From the NCBI GenBank assembly GCA_963707215.1, contig CAVPPB010000003.1:128001-192000 (forward strand): 64,000 bases of DNA, given 5' to 3'. The stretch comes from an uncultured Chloroflexia bacterium. GTDB taxonomy: Bacteria > Chloroflexota > Limnocylindria > Limnocylindrales > CSP1-4. Under the pieces are notes generated by a model. It searched no databases. It was not told where the DNA came from and saw only the letters and a program-made list of their open reading frames with translations. Below are positions 1 to 9,690 of this stretch, one piece after another (positions within the stretch are counted from its first letter, which is position 1; each line of letters begins with the position of its first letter). The translations under genes and the position numbers were made by a program.

Positions 1-175
1 CGGGGCCGATCTCGCTCGTGCGCCGGGTGGAGGCACGGCCCGACGCCTGACGGTCAAAGCGCGGACACCGCCCGGGCGTGGTCGTCGCGGAGCTCCTCGT
101 GCGAGTCGCGGCTCCCAGCGTCGACAGGGGCTCGGTGGCCAGCCGGGCCGCCGGCCCGACCGTCGCCGAGGTCGG

Positions 176-847
176 TCAGGGAGCTGGCGTTTCCTTCTTC
201 AGCTGACCGGGCGCGCCATCACGGCCATGGCCCCTGCCGGGCTTGCCGTCGGCCATCCAGTCCTTCCAGCCCGGATGCGTCGAGCCAACGACCCAGGGCC
301 CGCCAGCCCAGGGCGGCTTCCCAGGCGCGCGAAGGGCCGTGCCATCGACCGCCTCGACGTCGATCTCGGACGAATCCGTACGCGTCGTGCCGGCGACCGT
401 GACCGACTTCCCCACGTAGGCGTTCAGGGGGTTCGCGTCACCCCAGAACCACGGCGGCCCGGCCGAAAGATCCCAGGTCTTCCCTTCGACGGCCATCGTG
501 TAGGTGACCCGGCCATCGTCTTCGACGGCCTTCCGGACGGTGCCCGTGAGCGACATGGCGGTCTCCGGGCCCTTGTCGGGCTTGGCCGTCCTGCCGGGCT
601 TCGCCGTCGCATCGGGCGTGACCGGCACGGCTGTCGGATCGGCCGACGCGACTGCCGATGCGGCGGGCGCGGGCGACGTCGTAGGCGAGGCGGAGGCGTC
701 GACCGTCGGGGATGGAGCCGAAGATGGCGCCGGCGAGGCCGTGGACGGCGACGCGGACGGTGCCGGTGACGCCGCCAGCACCGGGATGCCGATCGCCAGG
801 AGAGCGATCCCCGCCGCAACGGCGGTGCCGTGTCTCGATGCCTTCAT
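176..847 (-). CDS. Secreted hypothetical protein with Pro/Ser/Ala-rich linker and small C-terminal OB-fold-like domain
   Basis: Signal-peptide-like N-terminus (AVAAGIALLAIGIPVLAAS), low-complexity linker, globular C-terminus (LSAGPPWFWG...VGKSVTVAG). Confidence 0.7.
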   Translation of the reverse strand: MKASRHGTAVAAGIALLAIGIPVLAASPAPSASPSTASPAPSSAPSPTVDASASPTTSPAPAASAVASADPTAVPVTPDATAKPGRTAKPDKGPETAMSLTGTVRKAVEDDGRVTYTMAVEGKTWDLSAGPPWFWGDANPLNAYVGKSVTVAGTTRTDSSEIDVEAVDGTALRAPGKPPWAGGPWVVGSTHPGWKDWMADGKPGRGHGRDGAPGQLKKETPAP

Positions 848-1052
848 GCTCGCATCATTCACCGCGAACCTTGCAGCTGACAGGGCGAGAGCGCTCGAAG
901 GGCGCGATCGGTGGTGCGTGCCGGCACCAGGCCTCCTCCGGCTTCACCGGACATCCAACGACGTGTCCGCGCAGTCGTCCGCCCTGGAGGCGCTGCCCAG
1001 GAAGCCCCACCCGTCGGCGGCGCTGGGGGTCGGCCGGGGTCGTCCCTGAAGC

Positions 1053-1451
1053 CTATGCGCCACCGGCCCGCCGAATGCGCTCGAGCTCGCGCCGCAGGCG
1101 CTTGCTCGGCCGGCCCTCGCCCCGCACGGCCATGATCCCCGGCCGGACTTCCCTCACCACCGGCGGCGGGCTGTGATCCACGTAGCAGGTCACCGCGACC
1201 GGTGCCCCGACCCGCGATTCGATCGGCCGCACGACCTCCACGATGCGCTCGCGGCCGCCGATCAGCGCGGCGACCCGGTCGCCGGGCTGGACCTTCGTCG
1301 ACGGCTTCGCGGCGTTCCCGTTCACGAGGACGTGGCCGGCGTCACACAGCTGCGTGGCCGCCGGGCGCGTCTTGACGAGGCGTACCGCGCACAGCCAGCG
1401 GTCGATGCGGGTCTCGTCCTTCCCTGCGGAACCAGCCACGCCCCCAAGCAT
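1053..1451 (-). CDS. RNA-binding S4 domain protein (Hsp15/HslR-like)
   Basis: RIDRWLCAVRLVKTR...GHVLVNG...KPS S4 motif; C-terminal GRPSKRLRR typical of Hsp15. Confidence 0.9.
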   Translation of the reverse strand: MLGGVAGSAGKDETRIDRWLCAVRLVKTRPAATQLCDAGHVLVNGNAAKPSTKVQPGDRVAALIGGRERIVEVVRPIESRVGAPVAVTCYVDHSPPPVVREVRPGIMAVRGEGRPSKRLRRELERIRRAGGA

Positions 1452-1595
1452 CGCACGGGTCGAGGTAGGTTGCGGGGGCTCGGCGGAGGCTCAAGGACCG
1501 CCAAGCACTCCCCTGCGGTGGGCTCGCTCGATCGCGGGGCTCGGCCGAACCAAAGGCAGCACGGCCGTCCTGCGCAGACGCAGATGATCTGCTTC

Positions 1596-1671
1596 TGGCG
1601 CCCCCGGACGGACTCGAACCGCCGACGCGCACCTTAGGACGGTGCCGCTCTATCCACTGAGCTACGGGGGC
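1596..1671 (-). tRNA. tRNA-Arg (anticodon CCT)
   Basis: Reverse complement GCCCCCGTAGCTCAGTGGATAGAGC-GGCACC-GTCCTAA-GGTGC...GGTTCGAGTCC...GGGGGCGCCA: cloverleaf, T-loop, encoded CCA. Confidence 0.96.
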
Positions 1672-1836
1672 CCACGGCCATGGTACCGCGGGCACAGCGG
1701 CCACCGGGGCGCAGGCCAGGCAGCCCGACCCACTTCAGCGTTCGGCCTCGATCCGGTGACGTTGGCCGGTCCCCGCAGACACGCTGACGGCACGCCGGCG
1801 CAGCCGCGACGCCGGTTCGCGGTAGCATCGACCCTG

Positions 1837-2166
1837 ATGACCGACCTTCAGCCCGCGAAGGCGCTCCTTCTGTACAGCCGGGACGGCTGCCACCTGTGCG
1901 AGGACGCGCACGCCGTCTTGGAGGCACTCCTGGAGCGACGGGGCGCAGCAGGCCTGTCCGCGCCGCCGGTCCGGATCGTCGATATCGACCTGGACGCAGC
2001 CGCCCACGATGCCTTCCACGACGTCATCCCGGTGATCGCCTGGGGCGAGCAGCGGCTCGAGCTGGCGACCTCGGCCGCGGCGATCGGACGCTTCCTGACG
2101 GCGACGCTGGACGCCCTCGGCCCTGCCTTCGGCGGGCAGGTCCCATCGAGCGAGGCCGGCGCATGA
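1837..2166 (+). CDS. Glutaredoxin-like protein (DUF836 type)
   Basis: LLYSRDGCHLCEDA CxxC motif, VDID and IPV motifs. Confidence 0.85.
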   Translation: MTDLQPAKALLLYSRDGCHLCEDAHAVLEALLERRGAAGLSAPPVRIVDIDLDAAAHDAFHDVIPVIAWGEQRLELATSAAAIGRFLTATLDALGPAFGGQVPSSEAGA

Positions 2167-2975
2167 GCGGCGACATCACGATCGCCGTCGCATTCTTCGC
2201 CGGCGTCATCAGCTTCCTCTCGCCCTGCGTACTGCCCCTCGTGCCCGCGTACCTCGGGCAGCTCACCGCGATCGCCGTCCGCGCCCACGAGGATGGGCGG
2301 CCACCATCGCGCTGGCTGGCGATGCGTCACGCGGCCGCATTCGTCCTCGGCTTCGGGGCCGTCTTCACGGTCCTCGGGGTGACGGCCACGTTCGCCGCCG
2401 GCCCGCTGGTCGACTACCTGCCGTGGCTCCGGCGGATCGGCGGGCTCGTCCTGATCCTCCTCGGCCTGAGCCTCGCCGGCCTGATCAAGATCCCGGTCCT
2501 GGAGCGCACCTGGCGACCACTCGACGCCGGCGCCCAGGCCTCGCTCGCTTCGGCGTCGGGGACGATGGCGCTGGCCGGGACCGGCGGCGGCTCCTCGACC
2601 CTCGACCGCGTCGGCGGCAGGCTGGTCGGGGGCAGCGGCTTCCTCGCCTCGTTCGGGCTGGGCGCCATCTTCGCCGTCGGCTGGACACCCTGTATCGGCG
2701 TCATCCTCGGCGGCATCCTGACGCTGGCGGCCAGCTCGGGCACGGTTCTCCAGGGCGGCCTCCTCCTCGTCACCTACACCCTGGGCCTGGGCATCCCCTT
2801 CCTCCTCATGGGCCTCCTCTACGACCGGGCACCCGCCCTGATGCGCCCGCTCATCCGGCACGGCCGGATCGTCTCGCTCATCGGCGGCCTGCTCGTGGTC
2901 GCCATCGGTGTGGCGATGCTCTTCGACTGGCTCGCGCTCCTGCCTCGCTACATCCCGTTCAACACCTCGATCTGA
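2163..2975 (+). CDS. ccdA: Cytochrome c biogenesis protein CcdA
   Basis: SFLSPCVLPLVPAY and GWTPCIG motifs, multiple TM helices; ATGA overlap with upstream gene. Confidence 0.93.
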   Translation: MSGDITIAVAFFAGVISFLSPCVLPLVPAYLGQLTAIAVRAHEDGRPPSRWLAMRHAAAFVLGFGAVFTVLGVTATFAAGPLVDYLPWLRRIGGLVLILLGLSLAGLIKIPVLERTWRPLDAGAQASLASASGTMALAGTGGGSSTLDRVGGRLVGGSGFLASFGLGAIFAVGWTPCIGVILGGILTLAASSGTVLQGGLLLVTYTLGLGIPFLLMGLLYDRAPALMRPLIRHGRIVSLIGGLLVVAIGVAMLFDWLALLPRYIPFNTSI

Positions 2976-2976
2976 G

Positions 2977-3711
2977 GTGACTGAGGAGCGTCCCGCGGAC
3001 GGATCCGCGCCCGGACCGGGCGCGCCTATCGAGCCGGCACCGTCGGCCCCGGAACCGACCGCCCCGCTTCCCGCTCGGCGTCGCGGCCTGGTCGGGCCGT
3101 TCAGCGGCCGCCAGATCGCGTCGGCTGCCGCTGCGGTGCTGGCCGTCGCGGTGATCGTCCTGGTCGCCACCGCGCCGATCGCCCCGGCTGGAGCCGACCC
3201 GACTGCGGTCGACCCCCGGGCGACGCCGTATCTCCTCGCTTCCCCGCCGACCGAGGGCGTCCGCCCAGGCTCCCTGGCCCCGGAGCTCGAGGTCATCGGC
3301 CCGGACGGGGCGCCCATGCCCATCACCGACCTCGACGGGCAGCCGGTCCGCCTCGCCGAGCTTGCCGGTCGGCTGGTCTGGCTGAACTTCTGGGCCAGCT
3401 GGTGCCCACCCTGCCAGGCCGAGACCCCGGTCCTGCGCGAGATGGCCCAACGCTACGGCGACCAGGGCCTCAGCGTCGTTGGGATCAGCGTCCAGGAGAC
3501 CTCCGAGGACGACGTCCGGGCCTACGCCTCGCGCTACGACCTGGACTACACGATCGCCGCCGACCTGGCGGGCGACGTCTTCCGGACCTACAAGGTCTTC
3601 GCCCTGCCGACCCAGTTCTTCATCGGAGCCGACGGCCGGGTCGTCGAGGTCGTGAATGGGCCGCTGGAGACGGAGTCGGCGGCGGCGCTGATCGAGTCGC
3701 TGCTTCCCTGA
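2977..3711 (+). CDS. Membrane-anchored TlpA/ResA-family thiol-disulfide oxidoreductase
   Basis: LNFWASWCPPCQAE motif, N-terminal TM helix, follows ccdA. Confidence 0.92.
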   Translation: MTEERPADGSAPGPGAPIEPAPSAPEPTAPLPARRRGLVGPFSGRQIASAAAAVLAVAVIVLVATAPIAPAGADPTAVDPRATPYLLASPPTEGVRPGSLAPELEVIGPDGAPMPITDLDGQPVRLAELAGRLVWLNFWASWCPPCQAETPVLREMAQRYGDQGLSVVGISVQETSEDDVRAYASRYDLDYTIAADLAGDVFRTYKVFALPTQFFIGADGRVVEVVNGPLETESAAALIESLLP

Positions 3712-3748
3712 CGGCGGCCGGCCGACCCGTCGAAGCGGCCCTGCAGCC

Positions 3749-4606
3749 CTACTCGGCCTCGAAGCGGAAGCGGTCGCGGTCCGCCACGAGGCGCCCGATC
3801 GGCTGGCGCGGCTCGTGCGAGAGGACCACGGTCCAGCCGCCCTCCGCGGCCATCCCGAAGGCCCGGCTCTTCCACTCGACCGAGTCGAGCGGGAAGTCGT
3901 CGAAGGACGCGACCCAGCGCGGGTGGGCCGACCAGGGTCGCATCGCCAGGTCGCCGAAGAAGGCCACGGTCTCGCGGGCGCCCCGGACGACGATGGCCTG
4001 GTGGCCGGCCGAGTGGCCGCCCGACGGCATGACCGAGACGCCCGGCAGCAGCTCGCGCTCCCCCTCGACCCAGCCCTCGGCCCCCCAGTCGCGGGCCAGG
4101 GCCAGCTCGGGCTGGTCGTAGCTGGCCACGATCCGGCTGTTGTCGCTGAAGGCGATCTCCCATTCGGCCCGCTGGGCGACGATCCTGGCCCGCGGGAACG
4201 CCCGCGATCCGTCGGCCAGCAGCAGCCCACCCGCGTGATCGAAGTGGAGGTGGCTGAGCAGGACAAGGTCGACCGTGACCGGGTCGAAGCCGGCCGCCCG
4301 CAGCGCGGGCGCCACGGGCTTGCCCTCGTAGCCGCGCATCGCCCGGGACTTGTCGCTGAGCCGCTCGCCGATGCCGGTCTCGACGAGGACCCGGCCGGCG
4401 GGCGTCTCCACGAGCAGGCAGTTGAGGGCCTGGGTCAGGCGATGATCGTGGTCGATCTCATCGGCGACGAGGCGATCCCAGAGCAGCCGCGGCACCGGCC
4501 CGAAGACGGCCCCGGCGTCGGTCCGGAAGACCCCGGCCTGGACGAGGGCGACCGTCGTGCCCCCGCCGAGGTCGCGCCGCCAGTCTACGGATGCGCTGAT
4601 GCCCAT
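3749..4606 (-). CDS. MBL-fold metallo-hydrolase (YtnP-like)
   Basis: SHLHFDHAGG motif, GHSAGH, DAGAVFGPVPR. Confidence 0.9.
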   Translation of the reverse strand: MGISASVDWRRDLGGGTTVALVQAGVFRTDAGAVFGPVPRLLWDRLVADEIDHDHRLTQALNCLLVETPAGRVLVETGIGERLSDKSRAMRGYEGKPVAPALRAAGFDPVTVDLVLLSHLHFDHAGGLLLADGSRAFPRARIVAQRAEWEIAFSDNSRIVASYDQPELALARDWGAEGWVEGERELLPGVSVMPSGGHSAGHQAIVVRGARETVAFFGDLAMRPWSAHPRWVASFDDFPLDSVEWKSRAFGMAAEGGWTVVLSHEPRQPIGRLVADRDRFRFEAE

Positions 4607-4614
4607 CGGTCGGC

Positions 4615-5214
4615 TCAGCCCTCCTTCCCGGGTTCGGGCCGGGGGCCTGCGTCGAAGTCCCTGTGGAAGGCCGACGCGGTCGGCTCGGCCTGGCCCTGGT
4701 AGCGCGACCGCAGCTCCGGGCTGCCATAGGGCCGCTCGACCGGGCTGCTCATCCGGAAGAAGCTGATCTGGCCGATCCGCATCCCGTGGTAGAGGGCGAT
4801 CGGCAGGTTGGCGACGTTCGAGAGCTCGAGCGTCAGGTTGCCCTTCCAGCCCGGGTCGACGTAGCCGGCCGTGGAGTGGATGAGGAGGCCGAGGCGCCCC
4901 AGACTCGACTTCCCTTCGAGCCTCGCCACGAGATCGTCCGGCAGCTCCACCCACTCGAGCGTCTGGCCGAGGACGAACTCCCCGGGATGGAGCACGAAGG
5001 GCTCGTCGTCGGCGATCGTCAGCAGCTCGGTGAGGTCCGGCTGGGGCTGGCGGACGTCGATGTATGCGTAGCGGTTGTTGCGGAAGACCCGGAAGCTGCG
5101 GTCGAGATGCAGGTCGACCGACGACGGCTGGAGATCGGCCGGCTGATAGGGGCGGATGACCACCCGGCCGGCCTCGAGCTCGGCCCGGATGTCGCGGTCG
5201 GCGAGGACGCTCAC
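4615..5214 (-). CDS. dcd: dCTP deaminase
   Basis: [42 protein letters not shown] motifs. Confidence 0.96.
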   Translation of the reverse strand: MSVLADRDIRAELEAGRVVIRPYQPADLQPSSVDLHLDRSFRVFRNNRYAYIDVRQPQPDLTELLTIADDEPFVLHPGEFVLGQTLEWVELPDDLVARLEGKSSLGRLGLLIHSTAGYVDPGWKGNLTLELSNVANLPIALYHGMRIGQISFFRMSSPVERPYGSPELRSRYQGQAEPTASAFHRDFDAGPRPEPGKEG

Positions 5215-5239
5215 CGGCGCTTCCCCTGCCGCGCGCTCA

Positions 5240-5713
5240 CTAGACGCGCGCTCCGGCGCCTCGCTCCTCGAACAGGGAGTCGACCTCGCGCTTGAGGTCC
5301 TCGAGGTCCTCGAAGCTCTGGTAGACGCTGGCGAACCGGATGTAGGCGATCTGGTCGAGATCGCGCAGCCGGGCCTGGGCAAGCTCGCCGATCCGGGAGC
5401 TGGGCACCTCGGACACGCCGGCGCTGCGGAGCTCGGCCTCGATGTCGTCGGCGGCCCGCTCGGCGGCGTCCTCGGGCACCGGCCGCCGGGTCAGCGCCTT
5501 GCGGAGACCTGCCGCCAGCTTGTCCCGGTCGAACTCCTGGCGGACGCCGTCCCGCTTCACCACGACCAGCCGGGCCGCCTCGACCCGCTCGTAGGTCGTG
5601 TATCGCGTGCCGCAGACCGTGCACTCGCGGCGGCGTCGCACGGTCGCGGCATCGTCGAGGTCCCGGGAGTCGACGACCCGGCTGTCCCGGGCGTCACACT
5701 GTGGGCATCGCAT
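5240..5713 (-). CDS. nrdR: Transcriptional repressor NrdR
   Basis: MRCPQC...VVDSR...[17 protein letters not shown] zinc ribbon plus ATP-cone, AYIRFASVY. Confidence 0.97.
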   Translation of the reverse strand: MRCPQCDARDSRVVDSRDLDDAATVRRRRECTVCGTRYTTYERVEAARLVVVKRDGVRQEFDRDKLAAGLRKALTRRPVPEDAAERAADDIEAELRSAGVSEVPSSRIGELAQARLRDLDQIAYIRFASVYQSFEDLEDLKREVDSLFEERGAGARV

Positions 5714-5732
5714 CGCGCTCGTCGCTCCTCGA

Positions 5733-5779
5733 CCACTACACCTTGTGGTGCGCCACTAGGCTACCACGACATGTAGGGG
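5733..5779. promoter_or_regulatory. Tandem NrdR boxes
   Basis: CCACTACACCTTGTGG (5733-5748) and CCACGACATGTAGGGG (5764-5779) resemble acaCwAtATaTwGtgt and start 31 bp apart, directly upstream of nrdR. Confidence 0.85.
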
Positions 5780-5800
5780 TGCGCGACGCTTCCCAAGCGA

Positions 5801-6343
5801 TCAGCGACGGCGTGATTCCTCGGGACTCCGCCAGGCGACCGCCCGGGCGGCCGCCTCGCCGATGGCCTCGCGGGCGTGGAGGAGATTGAGGTACCCCCGC
5901 TTCACCGACGTACCGGCCTCCAACTCTCGACCCCGGACCCGGGCCGAGGTCAGGATGGTACGGCCGTGCTCGGCCATGGACATGGCTCGCTGCGACCGGC
6001 CGAGCTCCTCGCGGATGATGCCGAGCACCGGCATGAGGCCGTCAGGGACCCTCAGCTCCCCGGCCTCGGCATCGAGACCCGCCAGCTCCTCGGCAACGCC
6101 CTCGAGGTCCGTGTCGATCGCCTGTGCCTCCACGAGGCCGCGCCTGACCCGGTCGATCGGACCGATCGCCCGTGCAAGGGCGTCATCCGCGCGGGCGGCG
6201 AGATCGGCAACGACCCGCCGACCGGCGTCGGCCTCCCTGGTGGCGAGCACGATCTCGCGAGCCCGGCGGACGAACAGGAAGACGGCCGCAGCGAGGGCGG
6301 CCGCCAGGGCGATCGGTAGCGCCAGGAGCCCCGCCTCCAGCAC
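5801..6343 (-). CDS. Hypothetical membrane-anchored helical protein
   Basis: N-terminal TM helix, helical body, lies in the minus-strand run between etfA and nrdR. Confidence 0.7.
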   Translation of the reverse strand: MLEAGLLALPIALAAALAAAVFLFVRRAREIVLATREADAGRRVVADLAARADDALARAIGPIDRVRRGLVEAQAIDTDLEGVAEELAGLDAEAGELRVPDGLMPVLGIIREELGRSQRAMSMAEHGRTILTSARVRGRELEAGTSVKRGYLNLLHAREAIGEAAARAVAWRSPEESRRR

Positions 6344-6356
6344 CGCCGGTCGCCCG

Positions 6357-7337
6357 TCAGCCCTTCCGGGCCCGAAGCTCGTCGAGAAGCGCCGGCCCGA
6401 CCTCGAACAGGTCGCCGATGACCACGAGGTCGGCGAACTCGGCGATCGGCGCGTCTGAGTCGCGGTTCACCGCCACGATCGTCTCCGACGTCTGCATCCC
6501 CACCTTGTGCTGGATCGCCCCGGAGATGCCCAGCGCGAGGTACAGGCTCGGCTTCACGATCTTGCCCGTCTGGCCGATCTGCTGGGCGAAGGCGATCCAG
6601 CCGGAGTCGACGGCCGCCCGGCTTGCGCCGACCGCGCCACCAAGCTCCGCCGCCAGCTCCCGCACGAGGCCGAAGCCCTCCGGCCCGCCGACGCCCCGGC
6701 CGCCGGCGACGATGACGCGGGCCTCCTCGATCGGCACCTCGTCGCCCACCTCGGCCACCCGGTCGCCGACGGGCACGACCGGCAGCGCGAGCGGTGCCTC
6801 GACGCTCGCCGCCTCGACCGTACCGGCCGAGCCGCTGGGTGCGGCCGTCACCGCGTTCTGCCGGACCGTGACGATCCCGCGATCGGACGTGAGCGAGCTC
6901 GTCGTGAGGACCGACCCGCCCAGGATGGCCGAGCCGACCTGGAGGCCATCGAGACCCCAGGCAGCCTCGAGGGCATTGACGAGGACGCCCCAACCGAGCC
7001 GCACCGAGAGGATGCCGGCGACATCGCGACCGTCCGGGCTTGCCCCGATCAGGAGGTGCGACGGCTCGTCCGGATCCACCAGGGCCGCGACCCGCTCGGC
7101 GACGGGGACAGCGACGGCGTGCTCAGCAGCCAGCGGCTCGGTGCCCTGGATGACTCGTGGCAGGTACTCGGCAAGCTCCGTTGCCGCTCGACCAGGGTCC
7201 GCCCCCACGACCACGCCGACGGCCTCGCGCCCGGAGGCCTCCGAGAGCGTTCGGGCGAGGGTGGCGACCTCGGTGGAGATACGGGCCAGCGATCCGTCGG
7301 CCGCGATCTCGCCGACGACGATGAAGCGACCGCCCAT
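6357..7337 (-). CDS. etfA: Electron transfer flavoprotein alpha subunit
   Basis: IVAGGRGVG, GASRAAVDSGW, QIGQTGKIVKP, GISGAIQH, AVNRDSDAPI. Confidence 0.96.
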   Translation of the reverse strand: MGGRFIVVGEIAADGSLARISTEVATLARTLSEASGREAVGVVVGADPGRAATELAEYLPRVIQGTEPLAAEHAVAVPVAERVAALVDPDEPSHLLIGASPDGRDVAGILSVRLGWGVLVNALEAAWGLDGLQVGSAILGGSVLTTSSLTSDRGIVTVRQNAVTAAPSGSAGTVEAASVEAPLALPVVPVGDRVAEVGDEVPIEEARVIVAGGRGVGGPEGFGLVRELAAELGGAVGASRAAVDSGWIAFAQQIGQTGKIVKPSLYLALGISGAIQHKVGMQTSETIVAVNRDSDAPIAEFADLVVIGDLFEVGPALLDELRARKG

Positions 7338-8125
7338 CAGATGACCCTCCGCTCGACCAGCAGGTCGACGATCGCCTTGGCCGCCTCCTGTGGTGGACCC
7401 TCGAAGACCATGGTCTCGCCGCGCGACTCGGGCGGCCGGGCGTCGTCGAGCCGGGTCGTCGCCACGGCGCCGCCGACCGGGACGCCGCCGAGGTCCAGGT
7501 CGGCCAGGGAGAGGGTCCTGATCTCCTTGGAGCGGGCGCCCATGATCCCCTTCAACGACGGATAGCGGGGCTCGCCCAGGACCTGGGTACAGCCGACGAA
7601 GGCCGGCCACGGCGCCTCCAGCAGGTCGTAGCCGACCGGCGAGAGCCGGCGGACCCGGACGCGCCGGGCGTCTGGATCGGGCTCGATGCGACCGGCGTAG
7701 CTGAGGTACGGGAGGCCGAGCAGCGTAGCGATCCCTGCCGCGACGACGCCGCCGTTGCCGTCGGACGTGTCGATGCCGGCGAAGATCATGTCGTACTCGA
7801 TCGTCCGGAGCGCGGCGGCCAGGACCCGGGTCGTCGTCACGATGCACGATCCCTCGAGCGCCGGGTCGGTGACCAGCACGGCACGGTGGGCACCCATCGC
7901 GAGGCCCTTGCGGAGCGTCTCCGGCGCCGTCGTCGGGGCCATGGCCAGCAAGGTGACCTCCCCGCCCTGGGCCTCGGTCAGCTTGAGGGCCGCCTCGAGC
8001 GCGTACTCGTCGTTGCCGTTGATGACGGTCGGTAGCCCGGCTCGGACGAGTCGGCCGTCGGGACCCAGGCGCTCTCCCCCCGACGCCGGGTCGGGGACCG
8101 GCTTGGTCAGGACCACGATTCGCAC
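7337..8125 (-). CDS. etfB: Electron transfer flavoprotein beta subunit
   Basis: MRIVVLTKPVPD, DEYALEAAL, LAMGA, EPRYPSLKGIM. Confidence 0.96.
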   Translation of the reverse strand: MRIVVLTKPVPDPASGGERLGPDGRLVRAGLPTVINGNDEYALEAALKLTEAQGGEVTLLAMAPTTAPETLRKGLAMGAHRAVLVTDPALEGSCIVTTTRVLAAALRTIEYDMIFAGIDTSDGNGGVVAAGIATLLGLPYLSYAGRIEPDPDARRVRVRRLSPVGYDLLEAPWPAFVGCTQVLGEPRYPSLKGIMGARSKEIRTLSLADLDLGGVPVGGAVATTRLDDARPPESRGETMVFEGPPQEAAKAIVDLLVERRVI

Positions 8126-8162
8126 GCCGGACGTACCTCCTGCTGTTCGCTCGCCGGTCGCC

Positions 8163-9324
8163 TCAGCCGCGTCCCAGGAGGGCGCGGGCCACGACCAGCC
8201 GTTGGATCTGCTGGGTGCCCTCGTAGAGCTGGGTGATCTTGGCGTCGCGCATCATCCGCTCGACGGGATATTCGTCGATGTAGCCGTAGCCGCCAAGGAC
8301 CTGGACCGCGTCCGTGGTCACGCGCATCGCCGCATCGCCCGCCACGAGCTTGCACAGCGCCGACCAGCGGCTGGCATCGCGCTCGCCGGTGTCGATGGCC
8401 ACGCACGCCGCGTAGAGGAGCTGTCGAGCGGCCTCCGTGGCCGCGTCCATGTCGGCCAGCATCGCCTGGATCATCTGGAACTCGCCGATCGGGCGGCCGA
8501 ACTGGCGCCGCTCGCGAGCATATGCCGCGGCAGCGTCCAGGGCACCCTGGGCGATGCCCGACGGCCTGGGCCGCGATGCCGGGCCGCGACCGGTCGAGGG
8601 TCCGCATCGCGAGCGAGAACCCTTCGCCCTCGGCTCCGATCCGGTTCGCGGTCGGGACGCGGACGCCGTCGAAGGCAAGCTCGGCCGTCGGGCTCCCCCG
8701 GATGCCCATCTTGTGCTCGGTCCGCAGCACCGCGAAGCCGGGTCGGTCGGTCTCGACGATGAAGCACGAGATCCGGGCGTGCCGCTCGGCGCCAGGGTCG
8801 GTGACGGCGAACACCGTCACCAGGTCGGCCACCGACCCGTGGCTGATGAAGCGCTTCGTCCCGGTGATCACGTACTCCTCGCCCTCGGCGACGGCCCGGG
8901 TCCGGATGGCCGCGGCGTCGGAGCCAGCCTCGGCCTCGGTGAGGGCGAAGGCGATGAGCTTGCGGCCGGTCGCCAGGTCGGGGAACCAACGAGCACGCTG
9001 CTCCTCCTCGCCGGCCAGCAGGAGGGGCAGCGCCCCGAGCTCCTGGACCGCCAGGATGAGCCCGGTGGTGGCACAGGCCCGGCTGAGCTGCTCGATCGCC
9101 AGGCAGACGGTGAGGAGGTCCGCCCCCACGCCGCCGTGGGATTCGGGGAACGGCAGGCCCAGGATCTCGTATTCCGCGAGAAGGTCCTTGAGGTCCGCCG
9201 GGAACTCGCCCGCCCGGTCCACCTCGGCGGCCCGAGGGGCGACCCGCTCGTCAGCCAGGGCGGCGACGGTGTCACGCAGGAGCCGCTGCTCCTCGGTCAG
9301 CCGATAGGGCCCGCTCGCCTCCAC
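8163..9324 (-). CDS. Acyl-CoA dehydrogenase with one frameshift near 8558 (probably a sequencing error)
   Basis: N-part [20 protein letters not shown] in ORF 8107..9324; C-part GIAQGALD...[27 protein letters not shown] in ORF 8163..8678; switch at a G-run. Confidence 0.9.
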
Positions 9325-9436
9325 GAGCAGAATCGTAGCACCCGGTACTGGCCGGCCGGCCGCGGGCCCGCTACCCTCCGGATAGACGGAGGTCCCGGGC
9401 GCGGCGACTCGCGACCCCGGCTATCGGGGAGAGCGC

Positions 9437-9658
9437 ATGGACCAGACCCTCATCCTGATCCTGGTCGGGGCCGCGGTCGTCGGGATCGTCGCCATCGTCC
9501 TGATGCTCGAGCGGTCACGCCGGCAGGCTGGGGAGGCGCAGCGGGCGGACCGCTTCGCGGCGAGCTCCGAGGGCGAGAAGCGCTGCGCCAGCTGCGGGAT
9601 GGGCAACCTCTGGACCGAGGACCGCTGCGTCGCCTGCGGAGCGAAGCTCCCCGGCTGA
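9437..9658 (+). CDS. Small membrane protein with C-terminal zinc ribbon
   Basis: TM helix followed by CASC...CVAC; purine-rich RBS upstream. Confidence 0.8.
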   Translation: MDQTLILILVGAAVVGIVAIVLMLERSRRQAGEAQRADRFAASSEGEKRCASCGMGNLWTEDRCVACGAKLPG

Positions 9659-9690
9659 GCGGCCCTCGCACCGGCCCTGCCCGAAGCCGC

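Noticed and set aside
8550-8565. Programmed frameshift in the acyl-CoA dehydrogenase
   Set aside because: A single extra base in a short G-run with no slippery heptamer; other indel errors in the window point to a sequencing artefact.
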